Shown one piece after another: positions 52,601 to 64,000 of a DNA stretch of 64,000 nucleotides (positions are counted from its first letter, which is position 1; the number at the start of each line of letters is the position of its first letter). The notes beneath the pieces were generated by a model. It saw only the letters and a list, made by a program, of their open reading frames with translations. It was not told where the DNA came from and ran no database searches. The translations under genes and the position numbers were made by a program. The stretch is taken from NCBI GenBank assembly GCA_964252035.1, contig CAXUOO010000144.1, one strand, 5' to 3'. This DNA is from Podarcis erhardii (Eukaryota).

Positions 52601-55063
52601 AATCGAAACCACACAAAACCGCCTCCACAAATTTTTCTCTCAAATGTANNNNNNNNNNNNNNNNNNNNNNNNNNNNNNNNNNNNNNNNNNNNNNNNNNNN
52701 NNNNNNNNNNNNNNNNNNNNNNNNNNNNNNNNNNNNNNNNNNNNNNNNNNNNNNNNNNNNNNNNNNNNNNNNNNNNNNNNNNNNNNNCGGCATTGCGCTC
52801 TGTTTATCTCGTCCCAATTAGACCCGTGTGATGCCTAGTAAGCGATATAATAGATTTAAAGGAAAGAAAAACGTCACGACTTGTACGTGTGGTGCGCCTA
52901 CAAGACAGGGGGCACTTGGCAATTCAATTCATTACTCGTGATACATACATATATATATATAGATATATATATATACAATCGTCTAAAGGCAACGGCGAAG
53001 AGCTACGATTGGACGTAAAACCTAAAAAAAAGTATATATATTTAGGTATATTGTAGCATTTGGAGCTGACGTAACATACACGGTGAACTGGTGAAGATTT
53101 GCAGCATCTTTTTTGGTTCGTAAAGGCCGATGTTCTCCTTAGAAGAGTCTACTTCACTCTTTCAATGTAAATAAAGTAGTTGCACCAGCAACCTTCAGCG
53201 TCATTAAGCAAACATTGTGGCACTCTTGTGTATAGAAGAAGCGGTGCATAATTATGCAAAGTGAAAGTCTGCAACTTTGCCTTTCTTTTTCACCAATATG
53301 CTGTCCTCTACTTCGAAAAAATACTTGTATATTCGAAGGAAGAAAACGCTTATTGAAACAACTCGCATAGACTTCTACATAAAGTCGAAGCCTCAATTGA
53401 AGGGAATCATACAAAATGAAGAAATATACATCTATTTGCGTATACATACAGATATATATATAAATGTATGTGTCTTAGTTTGCATGCATATGTACGTAGC
53501 TGAAGCCATATGAGGTAAAGACGAACCGTGCGAGTGCAGTAAAGGATCTTCCCATGCCTGGATGGCCAGTTGATAGGAAGTAAGCAAAGAGAAAAGCGCC
53601 ACTGTTTTGCCTGTTCAAACAGACAACGTAAGTGCTCTCCATAACCCATTTCTTCATTTATATACAAATATATATATATATATATATATATGTACGTATG
53701 AAAGTGCCACTGCTTTGACCGTTGAAAGAGTTTCAGTTATCGCCTTCTCGTATGAACTGAGGAAGCGTTGACAGGGTCGTCACGTCTATGAATTGACAGT
53801 TGTCTTCGTAAATGCCTAATTTGGAAAAAAATTCAAGTTCAAATGAGTTTGTCTTGTTATCAGTATACAGGGAAATATATATCTATATCTCTCTCTCTAT
53901 ATATACATAGTTGTAGATATATTCGATTTGAGACTTGAATAACGAGTCTCATACATATATAGACTCTAGAGAACAGTGATTAGGAAGAAAATAGCGCTCG
54001 TATGCCTATCAAACACCCTCTGCTATATTTTGTTAAAACTATTGGGATTACTTGCACTACTAGGCAATATTCTTCTATGTATAATCAAAAGAAGTGAGCA
54101 GTATAAAAGCACCACTGCAACAATTCTCGAGACGGCACCAACATGAAAAACCAGTTGCCCATATTCGCACTTCCCTCTATATACATATATATACATATAT
54201 ATATATATATTTTATTTATTTATATTTGTATTACAGAAGGTAGCATGAACAAGTATGTACGTTCAGACGAAGACAGACAGCTTGAGGAAGAAACGCACTA
54301 TCAGTCACACACACACACGCACACATACACTTCCATCCATTTAAAAAAGTGGTCACTCCATATGACGCGATATATATATATAAGGTATGCGATTCGAGCT
54401 TGCTTTTATCGCAACTAAATTACACTACTTTACAGTCACATTTCTGTACATTCCTAATACGCAGATCGGATCTAGTCTGGTAAATCAGCGAGCTACTTAG
54501 TGTATGACGTCTTTCCAACTATTCAGAAAAGCCTCAATTTTGACATGCATATGTGCAAGACAAAACTGTACAGAGTGGTGATCGTTTACATATATGTAAG
54601 CGTGAAAATATAAAGGCTAGAGTTGAACAAATCCAGTAGAGGTCTAGACTCCGATTCTCAATAGTGACTCATACATATATTCAAGAAGTTACGTCCTTGT
54701 ACACAATCATATAGAACTGGTGCATGGTAGTGAGTACCACTATGTGAAATGTAAATATTACATGCAAAGTATAAAAATTTACAGGCATATTCTCAGGGCA
54801 ACGCAAACTAGCAGTACACATTTATACATATATATAGATACAGATGCACATTTATTCTCAAGTAAAAGTAGTCCTGCCCTACAGTATACTGTGTGAAAAC
54901 CAAGCACCGCATATACATGTAAGTCAAAAAAAACAAATAGCTCTATCAGTAAAGATGTGTACAGATATATATATGAAGTGTAAGACCAGAGCTGTCCGGA
55001 CGCCTACTATAGAAGATATGTGTACATAGGTTTGAAATAATACAGGGGAAAAAATCTATCAAA

Positions 55064-55107
<44 letters not shown>

Positions 55108-55462
55108 ACTATACTCTCGCCCTTCATATAGTACATGTGCTCAAATAGACGTAGCGCAAGCGTTAAATGAGATGAACGCAAATTGAGTATTTTTGCCGAT
55201 TTCGACGAATCCAAAAAGTGAACAGACGTAAGTAAAGAGACTACGGTAAATCATGTATTCAATCATAAATTATCCGTGGTCGTTGATTTTACCAGGTGAT
55301 ATTTGACAAAAATGACTGACCTGTACCAGTGGGCATTTCCAATACTGCGTGGCCCTTTGCGTCAAGGGTTTGCTTGAGCGCTTTGATATATGCATATTGT
55401 TCGGGATATATAAAATCATAAGGAAAATATACTGTAACTTCATCTATTGGAAAAACTACCAT
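34098..55462 (-). CDS. XPD: TFIIH 5'-3' Fe-S DNA helicase XPD (ERCC2/Rad3), 19 exons, about 1065 aa; assembled sequence has frameshifts in exons 2, 3 and 14
   Basis: Exons: 55321-55462, 53527-53610, 51913-52264 (3' boundary uncertain), 50106-50207, 49131-49442, 47842-48008, 46425-46693, 44804-45164, 42448-42530, 40765-40962, 39564-39684, 38259-38324, 36981-37061, 36264-36416, 35657-35803, 35400-35520, 35151-35204, 34731-34892, 34098-34319. Motifs: EMPTGTGKT, YCTRTVPE, four Fe-S cysteines ([25 protein letters not shown]), [46 protein letters not shown]. Confidence 0.95.
39274..39525. repeat. 127-bp tandem duplication in XPD intron 11
   Basis: Copies start at 39274 and 39401 (aagggccgcaaaatactc...); one substitution plus a TA-length difference. 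Confidence 0.95.
45252..45447. repeat. Three diverged 65-69 bp tandem units containing (CA)n and (TA)n, XPD intron 7
   Basis: Units start at 45252, 45321 and 45386 (a.caa..gacttca.aaacacacac..gtctgcaa.aacatata). Confidence 0.88.
47723..47877 (-). repeat. Triplicated 59-60 bp unit spanning the XPD exon 6 3' end and its donor site
   Basis: (c/t)tgagaaacttt..ggtctagtatatac.ggt.att at 47723, 47782 and 47842. Confidence 0.93.
50771..51042. repeat. Perfect 136-bp tandem duplication in XPD intron 3
   Basis: 50771-50906 is identical to 50907-51042. Confidence 0.97.
52649..52787. other. Assembly gap (139 N) in XPD intron 2
   Basis: Run of N read directly from the sequence. Confidence 0.99.
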
Positions 55463-58400
55463 TTTCGCAATTGATAATACTTCTACAAGTCGCGCTGTAT
55501 GACAGAATCTCCAGCTGAACAATCAAATCTATACGTCCTGCAGGCGGGTATCCCTGTCTGTCTGCTGAGTATTGCAACATTAAATAAATAAAAAAATAAA
55601 ATATATATATCTTATAATAAATGTATGGAAATTATTCTTATAGGTAAAGGGGCGTCTAAAAGTCTTACAATGTGACGGTAGATTCACATGAATCACCTGT
55701 GTGCTCGCTTCTACATTAATTCTTTAATTCTACAAATATAAAACTTATCCAGATGGTACACATGTATTTATAAATAGGTATAGTTACAACAAACTCCTGT
55801 GTGCTGCCCGAGGGTGGTTGTGTTCAAGAGAAATACGAAGAGTCGATACAAACATAGCATATGTAAATATACATATAAATAGACAAATAGAATTTATCTG
55901 CATTATAGCTCCACAATCAGCCTTTGAGAATTTGGCGCCACCACAACACTCTCACTGCATGAACTAGAGGGCTCAGTGTAATGGAACATTAAATGGAACC
56001 TCAAGTATTTTCCACCCTACACGACCAATAGTAAATGCAGCATATAAAGCAATCGATCTCCTGTCGCTTGCACACCATGGACAAGAACAGGAGGTAAGCA
56101 TTCCTTTAGAACCCGTTCAAGCTCGATATGTGCATATATATATTTTCACGTAAAAGTACTTATATAGTACTCAATACCTGTGTAGTTAATATATTCATTT
56201 AGCTAAGGAAGGAACTGGCAGCTCGAGATACATAGTTTCAGTGACAGCTATGAGTCAATCAAAAGTTCGCACACTGTTACACTGTTCCACTGTTAGTCCA
56301 AATGAAGGACTTTTGTTTTTTACGCGGCTGGAACGAGCGAAACGTAAAACTTTGCAGATGCCGAGTGTTGGACCTCTTGAGTCAACAAAAAATATGAACC
56401 CATCTTAATGAATTGAACTTTTAAACAGATTTCCCCTAAACACAAAAACAGACAATCGAAACTCGGAAGTTTCAGGGCATGCAAATAATCTAAGGAGCCG
56501 GTTCCCATATTCATAACAGCGAAGCACACCAGCTGCTGTGTGAATGCAGAAAAAATCCAATGGAAATTCACATTCTACACAATGGAGAATCGAAAAAGAA
56601 AAAACTGCCGAAATTTCATTCAAGAGAGAAATATACATGAAATCTTTTTTGATTGAAACAGGATACGAAAATTGAAGATCGACCGCTTCGCTTTAAAAGG
56701 ATATCACGAAAAAGCGAGTTCCGCAGCGCCGAAGTAGCCAGAAGTAATAATAGATTGTCACTAATAGGAAGGCAGAAATGGTTACTAGTTATTCAAAAGT
56801 GAACGATTGTGCGAGACACTAAACAGTATTAACATACGCAGATCTGGGGCTCAACAGTAGCTAGCAACGAAACAGATCACCTACTCCGCAGCAGGACAGG
56901 GTCTTATGCGAGATAAAAAACAAAGTAGAATATACTAAGTTGAAGCTCGTTCACACAAAAGAAAAACGTCATCAGAAGCAGGTCAACTTAGAACATCAGT
57001 AAACATTCTAGGAAACAAACTGCCACCCATATTAGCACAAAACGACATAAATCGAGTGTACTTTAGCTAATAAAAGTCTGATATCAGGCAGCTAGGTTGA
57101 GCTCTCCCAAGAGCAGTAAAGAATCGATCTGTCTGTCGCATGCAACGGGAAAGAGTCCTTGTTGTGACATTAGAAAAACGAAAAATAAAAAGTGAAGTTT
57201 GAGGAAAATGCAACTCATTGGAGAAATCACCGGCGCTGAGCTTCACTCAGGTTGTGAAAGAAATACGTACACCACTGGCACAATGACACCGATTGAGATG
57301 AGTTAATGCAGTGATCTACGCTTTTGCGTGCGACAACTATAATCCATATAGAGACATATGACGAAGAGATATACGTGTCATTACTTTAATCGAGGGAATA
57401 TTACGTTTGGTGGGTAATATCTGTTCACCAAAGTACACTTATATAGTATGTGTCTTACGTTCTAGAAGAACATGAAGACAAAAATGCGTGGAAAACTGCG
57501 TGCGTCTACGGTTCTTCGTGGAAAACAAAGAACTTCACTATAAAAAACTAGATTGGGAGGGACATACGCGATAAAGAGCATAGGTTATTTACTACGAAGT
57601 ACACACACAAACGCAAATCCGGTGCACAAGCCACACAGAGCAAGGCGTGTACAAAGTAGTCACAGGCATTGCTCCTGTATTAGAGCTGACTGTACGCTGC
57701 AACAGATGAGAATTTTGTTGTTATTGAATAAGAGCTAGTGTGTATTCCGCTAGTCTTTGAATGAGACCTAGTGGATATATATATAAATATATGTTTGTCA
57801 TTCAGATTTTATATTCGTCCTTCAGATTTTCGTATTTAAGACTCTATAAATGTATCGAGGAGAGCGATACAGATCTATTTAGGGCGCCTTCACTTGCTGA
57901 CTGCTGTAGCAGGCCAAGCTAAAATGGGGACGAGTACATATACATACACACATGTAAACACATGTAAATATATATATATATATATATATATAAATGTTTT
58001 TACATGCTTACTAAAGGTGATAGCCTACGAGATGGTAGCAAAAAATACAGTGCCACAGAAAGTAGGCGACTATTCGGTACGGTACTGTCAACAGTGAACA
58101 AACCAGCTGAAGTCTTTTTCGTTACGGAACTGCTGCTATTATAGCCATCCCCATCTGCGCATACCAACACGCTTTCAGCTGGTGCAGCACTCTACTACTA
58201 TTGCGGTTCGAAGTTGCTGCAATGTCAGAACGGGTCTGGGCATGACGATTGCTTGAGATTCAATGCGCTGCAGCTGATGTAGCATCACATGCTGTGGGTC
58301 CTTCTGCTAAGTATAATCTCTACGGTCGATGTTATCTCCAGTAGTAGTAGCTCAAATAAGCAAACCCGTGTATACAGCGGAGGTGGTACTGCTGATTCGC

Positions 58401-58795
58401 TGCTGCGGGTGCTGTGCTGCCAATCGCTGCTACTACGACGTATACAGAAGTGGGGAAGCGATCACGTTGTCCTGATAAATGATTTCGAGCATGCTAAAAC
58501 AGCAACTACTGTGATCGTCATCGCAGCAACACCGACCGCAACGGCCAACGGAAGAGAGCAGCACGTGTTCACATCGAGTGTGGATGCTGGGCTGCTAGAA
58601 GGTAGTTCGGAGCGTCCAGAACAGCGATTTGCTGCAGCGCTTTCTAGGTACTACTCGGTTGAGAAAGCATGTAAAGAAGAGAGACTTTTTTTCTAAAGGA
58701 GGCGGTCGTGTTTGATAGCCCGGACTCATTAGCGAGACGGCGTTTTAGACCGTCTTTAGTGGAGGCTTTCCTGTTGTTTTCTCTGCCTCGCGAAA
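55463..58795. promoter_or_regulatory. Divergent intergenic region containing the XPD and RACK1 promoters and 5' UTRs
   Basis: Inferred from the head-to-head start codons at 55462 (-) and 58796 (+); no specific element was identified. Confidence 0.5.
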
Positions 58796-59823
58796 ATGAA
58801 TATCACCGGGGAATATTTGGACTTTAAGGGCGTGCTGGAGGGGCACACCGACTGCGTGACCGCCATTTCAACTGCCGCTGAAAAGTTTGACACAATTGTC
58901 TCTGCTTCAAGGGGTAAGAACTACTTTTTTACCTCTTTGTTCACTTTCACGGAGACACTGGCAGGATCGTCAGGTCTGCGGAATCTGTTGTTCAGCAAAG
59001 TCAGAGTCTTTGCGTGGTGTGGGCAAGTGTAAAGGAGTACAGTAAATTTCAATACGAGTTAGAGGAATCTATTCCCGTTCTGGGATTGCAAATTAAAAGC
59101 GTCTTTCCGCTTTCTTCATCTCGTACATTATCGGTGGTGGAATAATCAGTGCGTTGCTTGATGAAGTCAGTGCCGTGTGTCCGTGCCATTTCACTTCGAA
59201 TATATTGTTGCTCCGTATATTTCCAAGCCAGCAAGAATATATGGATACATCCTTCTACATCTCTTTTTGTATATATATTTGTACGTCGATACAACGGCTC
59301 GATACTAGTATATGTTTCCGCATGTAGACAGGTATACCCAGCGATTAAATAAATATATATATATATATATATATACATATATATACAATTCTTTGTAATA
59401 TGTACTGTTGCATGCAATGTTTTTGTATCTTTTTTCCCTTTTTTTTTTATTTTCACCTGACATTTGAAGTGTATATATTAGGTTCTCTTTTGATGGCGCA
59501 TTAGTTTCCAGTTTGAAAAACGTAGATGGGATATCGCTGAAGATTTGTTATTTAGTCGTGATTTCTGCACAAAGACTGTGAGAATCGGAAGATTTTTTCT
59601 TAGCGTATATATATAGTGTGTTTGCGCACACACACACGAGCGGAAGTAGAGACTTCCTCCATGAAGTGCACGCTGCTCCTCCTCTTGTGTGACTTTAATT
59701 TGCTTTTTCGGACATTGAAGTTCCATTATTGTGGTAATTTATCGAATCTTCTGCGGTTTGTAAGGGTATCTGAAGTGCAACTGTTTGAACAGTTGCTGCG
59801 TGAGAATTGCACGCAGGCCGTTT

Positions 59824-59862
<39 letters not shown>

Positions 59863-62800
59863 ATACGTAGTAAGTATCGTCTGCGCCACTGATAGCAGAA
59901 AATTACAGGCACATATTTATATATGTGAGTATAGATGCAGATATGGATGTAGGTGTCGGTTTCTATACATCTTTTATTTCCATCTCTTTGTAGATATAGT
60001 GGTCATGCATGAATTTGCAGCTTTACTGAGTAAACATGAAACGCAGTAGGAGTGGTTTTTAGCTTGCTCCACCCTTTTTTTATGACAATTTATATATGTA
60101 TCAAAGTTCTTGCTAGACACTGCTGACATGCGGTTTGAGGTTTCGAGCATATCCACTCGTTCTTGGGAAGTTAAGCGATTATGAACAAAGTGGCTACAAC
60201 GAAACCGAAATAGTTCTGTCATCACTGCCGCCCGTCTCTTTTTTTTGCGTAGAAGTGGCGGTTCATGTGGTAGGCAAACAGCGCGAAATTATAAGTTCAA
60301 CATTGTGATAATATGTATAAGTAAATATATATATATATATATATATCAATGTTTGTGGGTGTGTTGTGCGTTCTTACAGTATGCTTTTAGTTCAAAGAAG
60401 AGGTGTTTCTAGTTTGTCCGGTGTGATGCGTCGAGGCATTCAAATGTAGTGCATGTTCGCAACTTAGTTTGAGATAATTTCAAGCCTAGGTCTATTTTGA
60501 AACTATTTTGAACGTGGTTTTTCACGTCTTTTCTACCGTACTTCACTCCTTGACTACATAACGTAATGGGAATATATATTATATATGTATATGTCTATCA
60601 TTGTCTTGAACGCGTGTTTCTCAAAGGGGCGCATTGTGATGAACCAAAATTCTCAGCTCACTCGCAGGCTTCTAGCCATTGACGAGATATGCTCCTACAG
60701 GGGCTTGGCAATTTTCTGAAGCAACAATTCGCGCATTTCTTCAGAGTCTACTGTTATGTAATGCTATTTCACATTGTAGAGATAGTGCTCTTCACATTAT
60801 ATATATATGTATATATATATTAGGTGCGTACTGATATTAGTGAAGGGCTTACCTAAATAAATATAGTGCTCTCTACATATATATATATATATATAGACAA
60901 GTGCGTACTGAAATTGATGAAAGACTAACCATCTCCTGAGAGCTTTATTCTCTTTTTTTGCCCTTTTCAGCATTGACTCTATAGGCGTAAATTGTAGCCG
61001 CGATGTTCATGTGCGAAGAGCGTAAATACGAGTGTTTGATTTTTTAGTGGTCGGCGACGAGATCTTGAATAAGTCAAACTGCATGTGTGATATCAATCGT
61101 GTTTATATCCTTCAAGCAATCTCGTGTAAAGTAGATTTGCTCTGAAAAAATATATATATATATATGTATTTGAGTTGTAGGTTTGTGGTGTTATGAGAGA
61201 CCAGTGAGATTGGTGCTGAGAATTGTAGTAGTTTCGTGTATTATCGCGCATCTAGGTTTTAGTGCAGCAGTCAGCTACAACAGAGCAAGAACTACTTCTA
61301 AGCTTTTTTTCTCAACACCGGTTTTCCCTGGACTCCGTGTTTCTCTTCCTTCTCTTCTTGTGTGTTTATTCACTCACGATTTTCAACTTCATTGGTTTTG
61401 GCACATCCATCCCCGTTCATTTTGCTGAAGCTTCTTCTTTTGTCCTCCAGCACACCTTTTTCCCAAACTCTTTTGGTTCTTTACTGGTCTCCACTTATAT
61501 ACTTCCTTTTTCACACGTCTAAGTACTCCTGCTCTCTTCGTGAACATTCAAATAAGGAAAACGTTGTCTTTTTGCGGTTTCGTGCTATTCGATTCTGTAT
61601 GTACACAGCTGGCAATAGATATCTTTGTTCTGTACAACCTTCTGATCCGTTTTTGTTTCAGGAGTGAGTCATACATCCAGTAGTGTGCCGCTCTGCACAC
61701 GCCTCACCAGATAGATTTTTGCGTTTGAAGGAGTTTTCCATTCTTTGTTCATTCTACAAAGTGATCGTTTCGTTATCTTCCGCTCTTTGTCGTAGCGTCG
61801 TCACCACTACTCCCACCTTGCGAACCCCTTCTCAACTGCCCTAGGAAAAGAGTATCAAAGTATTTGACACTTAACATACATGTGTTAGCGGCCTCTCCAC
61901 ACACTAAACTGTGCAGTTCTTTTTCTACTACACAGAACATCTACATACATTGAAACACAATCCAGTAGCACACCAACTACACATACTCGACATGATTGTT
62001 GCCTCTACTTGTCCATCTCCAGTGCCTGTCTTCTCTCACCTCCCAATCGCAGTCTTCTCTCCTCCCCCTACATATATAATATATATATATATATAACATA
62101 TACAACGTATACATATATATAACATATACAACATATACATATATATAACATATACAACATATATATATATATTGTAGGTATGATTTTTTTTGTGTGCAAG
62201 TGTGGCGTGAAGGAGCAGGCTCTCTCTCTCTCTTTCTCTCTCGTGTATGTACCCCTTGTTGAGCCTTTTTTTGTTTTTTTTGTTGCAGACAAGAAAGTGA
62301 TTGTGTGGCACTTGAGCGACTGCTCAGACGACTCGCTGAGCGTGGGCTACGCGCGGCGAGCGTTGACTGGCCACTCGCAGTGCGTGCAAGACGTGGTGAT
62401 AAACAGCGACGCGCAATTTGCTCTTTCAGGATCTTGGGATAAAACTCTGCGACTGTGGGATTTGAATGTGGGGGCCACTGTAAGGGCTTTCAAAGGCCAC
62501 ACTAGTGACGTGAACTCAGTGGCTTTCAGTCCAGACAATCGCCAAATCGTCTCGGGCTCGCGCGACAAAACCATCAAGTTGTGGAACACGCTCGCCGAGT
62601 GTAAGTACACCATCTGCGACAACCAACACACTGACTGGGTCTCTTGTGTGCGCTTTTCGCCGAGTGCCACCAAGCCCCTCATCGTCTCTTGTGGTTGGGA
62701 CCGAGTCGTCAAAGTAAGTTTCTCAAACAAAAAATCCCGCTTTCACCAACTCCAAACTCCCGCACTTCTCTCTCTTACACGCGCTCCTTTCACACTCGAT

Positions 62801-63959
62801 ACACTCTCACTCAGCATCGAAGCCCCAAAACGCTCGAGCTAGCTCTCACCTGCAGCAGAGGCACTTCTGGACACTTCACTTCGGTGGGAGTCAACAACGC
62901 GGTGCACTGAAACAAGAAGAGGTGCAAAAAGCACTAACACTAACGAGTAAATTGAACCAATCAAAATAGTAGTAGGCGTAGAAGTAGTAGTTGTAGTAGT
63001 TGTAGTAGTAGTGGTAGAAATCGTAGTAGTAGTTGTAGTAGTAGTAGTAGTAGAAATCGTAGTAGTAGTAGTAGTAGATTTCGTAGTAGTAGTAGTAGAA
63101 GTAGAAATCGTAGTAGTAGTAGTAGTAGTAGTAGAAATCGTAGTAGAGTAGTTGGGGTTGAGTAGATTGGCTGTAGGAGTAGTAGTAGTAGTGTTGTAGC
63201 AATAATAGGAGTAGTAAGAAGAGCAGCAGTAGAAGTACTAGTAGTAGGAGTGTTGAAGCAGTAGTGGCAGTGTATTTGAAGTAGTATTATTCGTAGTAGT
63301 TGGAGTTGAATTAGTTGGAGCAGTAGTAAGAATAGGCGTAGCAACAACAAAGAGTCGGAGCAGTAATACTAGCAGTAGTTGTTGTAGGATCAAGACTAGG
63401 AGGAGCAGTAGCATAGGCGTAGCAATAGTAGTAGTAGTAGTTAGAGAGAAGTTGGAATAGTTTGGAGGGAAGAAAAGAGTTTCGTAGGTTGCATGATGAG
63501 AGATGAGAGGGCAGAGCTCGTATGTGTGTGTAGAAGAGGCATGGGTTTTTGACGCGCACGATTGACAAACCAAGGTGCCGCCATAATAAGGCTCAATTTG
63601 AACGCCGTTGCTGCAGCAGCAGTTTCATTGTGGTGGCTGTGACCCGATTGCGAAAAGGATGAAGCGTAGTAGAAATTCTGCAGTTCGTTCGCATGTAATT
63701 TTTTGTGAAACAGGTCTGGAATTTGACCACTTGCAAAATCAGGAGAAACCTGCTAGGCCATACTTCTGTTCTTTATACTGTGACAATCTCTCCTGATGGC
63801 TCTTTGTGCGCTTCTGGAGGCAAAGACGGCGTCGCCATGTTATGGGATGTCAATGAAGGCAAACATTTGTATTCACTTGATTCGAACTCCACCATCAATG
63901 CTCTGTGTTTCTCGCCCTGCAACTACTGGCTTTGTGCCGCCACCGACAAATCCGTCAAG
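58796..63959 (+). CDS. RACK1: RACK1 (receptor for activated C kinase 1, WD40 40S-associated protein), 3 exons in window, 3'-partial
   Basis: Exons 58796-58913, 62289-62713, 63714-63959; GT-AG, phases consistent. [11 protein letters not shown]...[15 protein letters not shown]...[78 protein letters not shown]. The last WD repeat lies beyond the window. Confidence 0.97.
60636..60719 (+). ncRNA. Candidate box C/D snoRNA in RACK1 intron 1
   Basis: GTGATGA (60636), C'-like TTGACGA (60679) and CTGA (60716-60719) span 84 nt on the host sense strand. Terminal stem is weak and no convincing rRNA guide was found. Confidence 0.22.
62965..63450 (+). repeat. Degenerate (GTA)n array with higher-order agaaatcgtag anchors, RACK1 intron 2
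   Basis: Long gtagta run with agaaatcgtag recurring at 63017-63145, grading into mixed gcagtag. Confidence 0.92.
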
Positions 63960-64000
63960 GTTCGTCTTCAAACCCACATATATATATATTGAAGTTTTCT

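Noticed and set aside
58289-58696. 135-aa ORF with a hydrophobic N-terminus upstream of RACK1
   Set aside because: It lies in the probable RACK1 promoter/5' UTR, is low-complexity and has no recognisable domain; a uORF cannot be excluded but is unsupported.
4655-59889. Numerous 60-120 aa ORFs containing YIYIYI or THTHTH
   Set aside because: Translations of (TA)n and (CA)n microsatellites in introns and intergenic DNA.
62891-63350. Tyr-rich and Leu-rich ORFs resembling oocyst-wall (gam-type) proteins
   Set aside because: They are translations of the (GTA)n microsatellite on the antisense strand of a RACK1 intron, with no signal peptide or non-repeat domain.

Overview
Eukaryotic, intron-rich, AT-leaning genomic DNA from a coccidian apicomplexan. 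An eimeriid is most likely, inferred from a rhoptry-type kinase, apicomplexan-style insertions in housekeeping proteins and enriched TGCATGCA; the species cannot be fixed from the sequence. Four genes can be reconstructed by hand: an intronless ROPK-family kinase (-, 13834-15783), the 6-exon DECD-box helicase UAP56/DDX39 (-, 20675-27993), a 19-exon TFIIH helicase XPD (-, 34098-55462) and RACK1 (+, from 58796, running off the right edge). The XPD model carries at least 5 homopolymer-associated indels and spans a 139-N gap. Introns are long and full of (TA)n microsatellites and young tandem duplications. The most unusual observation surrounds the kinase: two collinear, decayed copies of an unrecognised + strand gene (about 11.5-13.4 kb and 17.3-19.0 kb) plus a probable relic of a second ROP kinase (about 19.2-19.65 kb), suggesting an old tandem duplication of a two-gene cassette. 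Other poorly defined coding-like regions (2.5-9.9 kb, 28.9-33.3 kb) are low confidence. I recognised no rRNA, tRNA, CRISPR array or transposon enzyme domain. Most short ORFs in the track are microsatellite or shadow artefacts.
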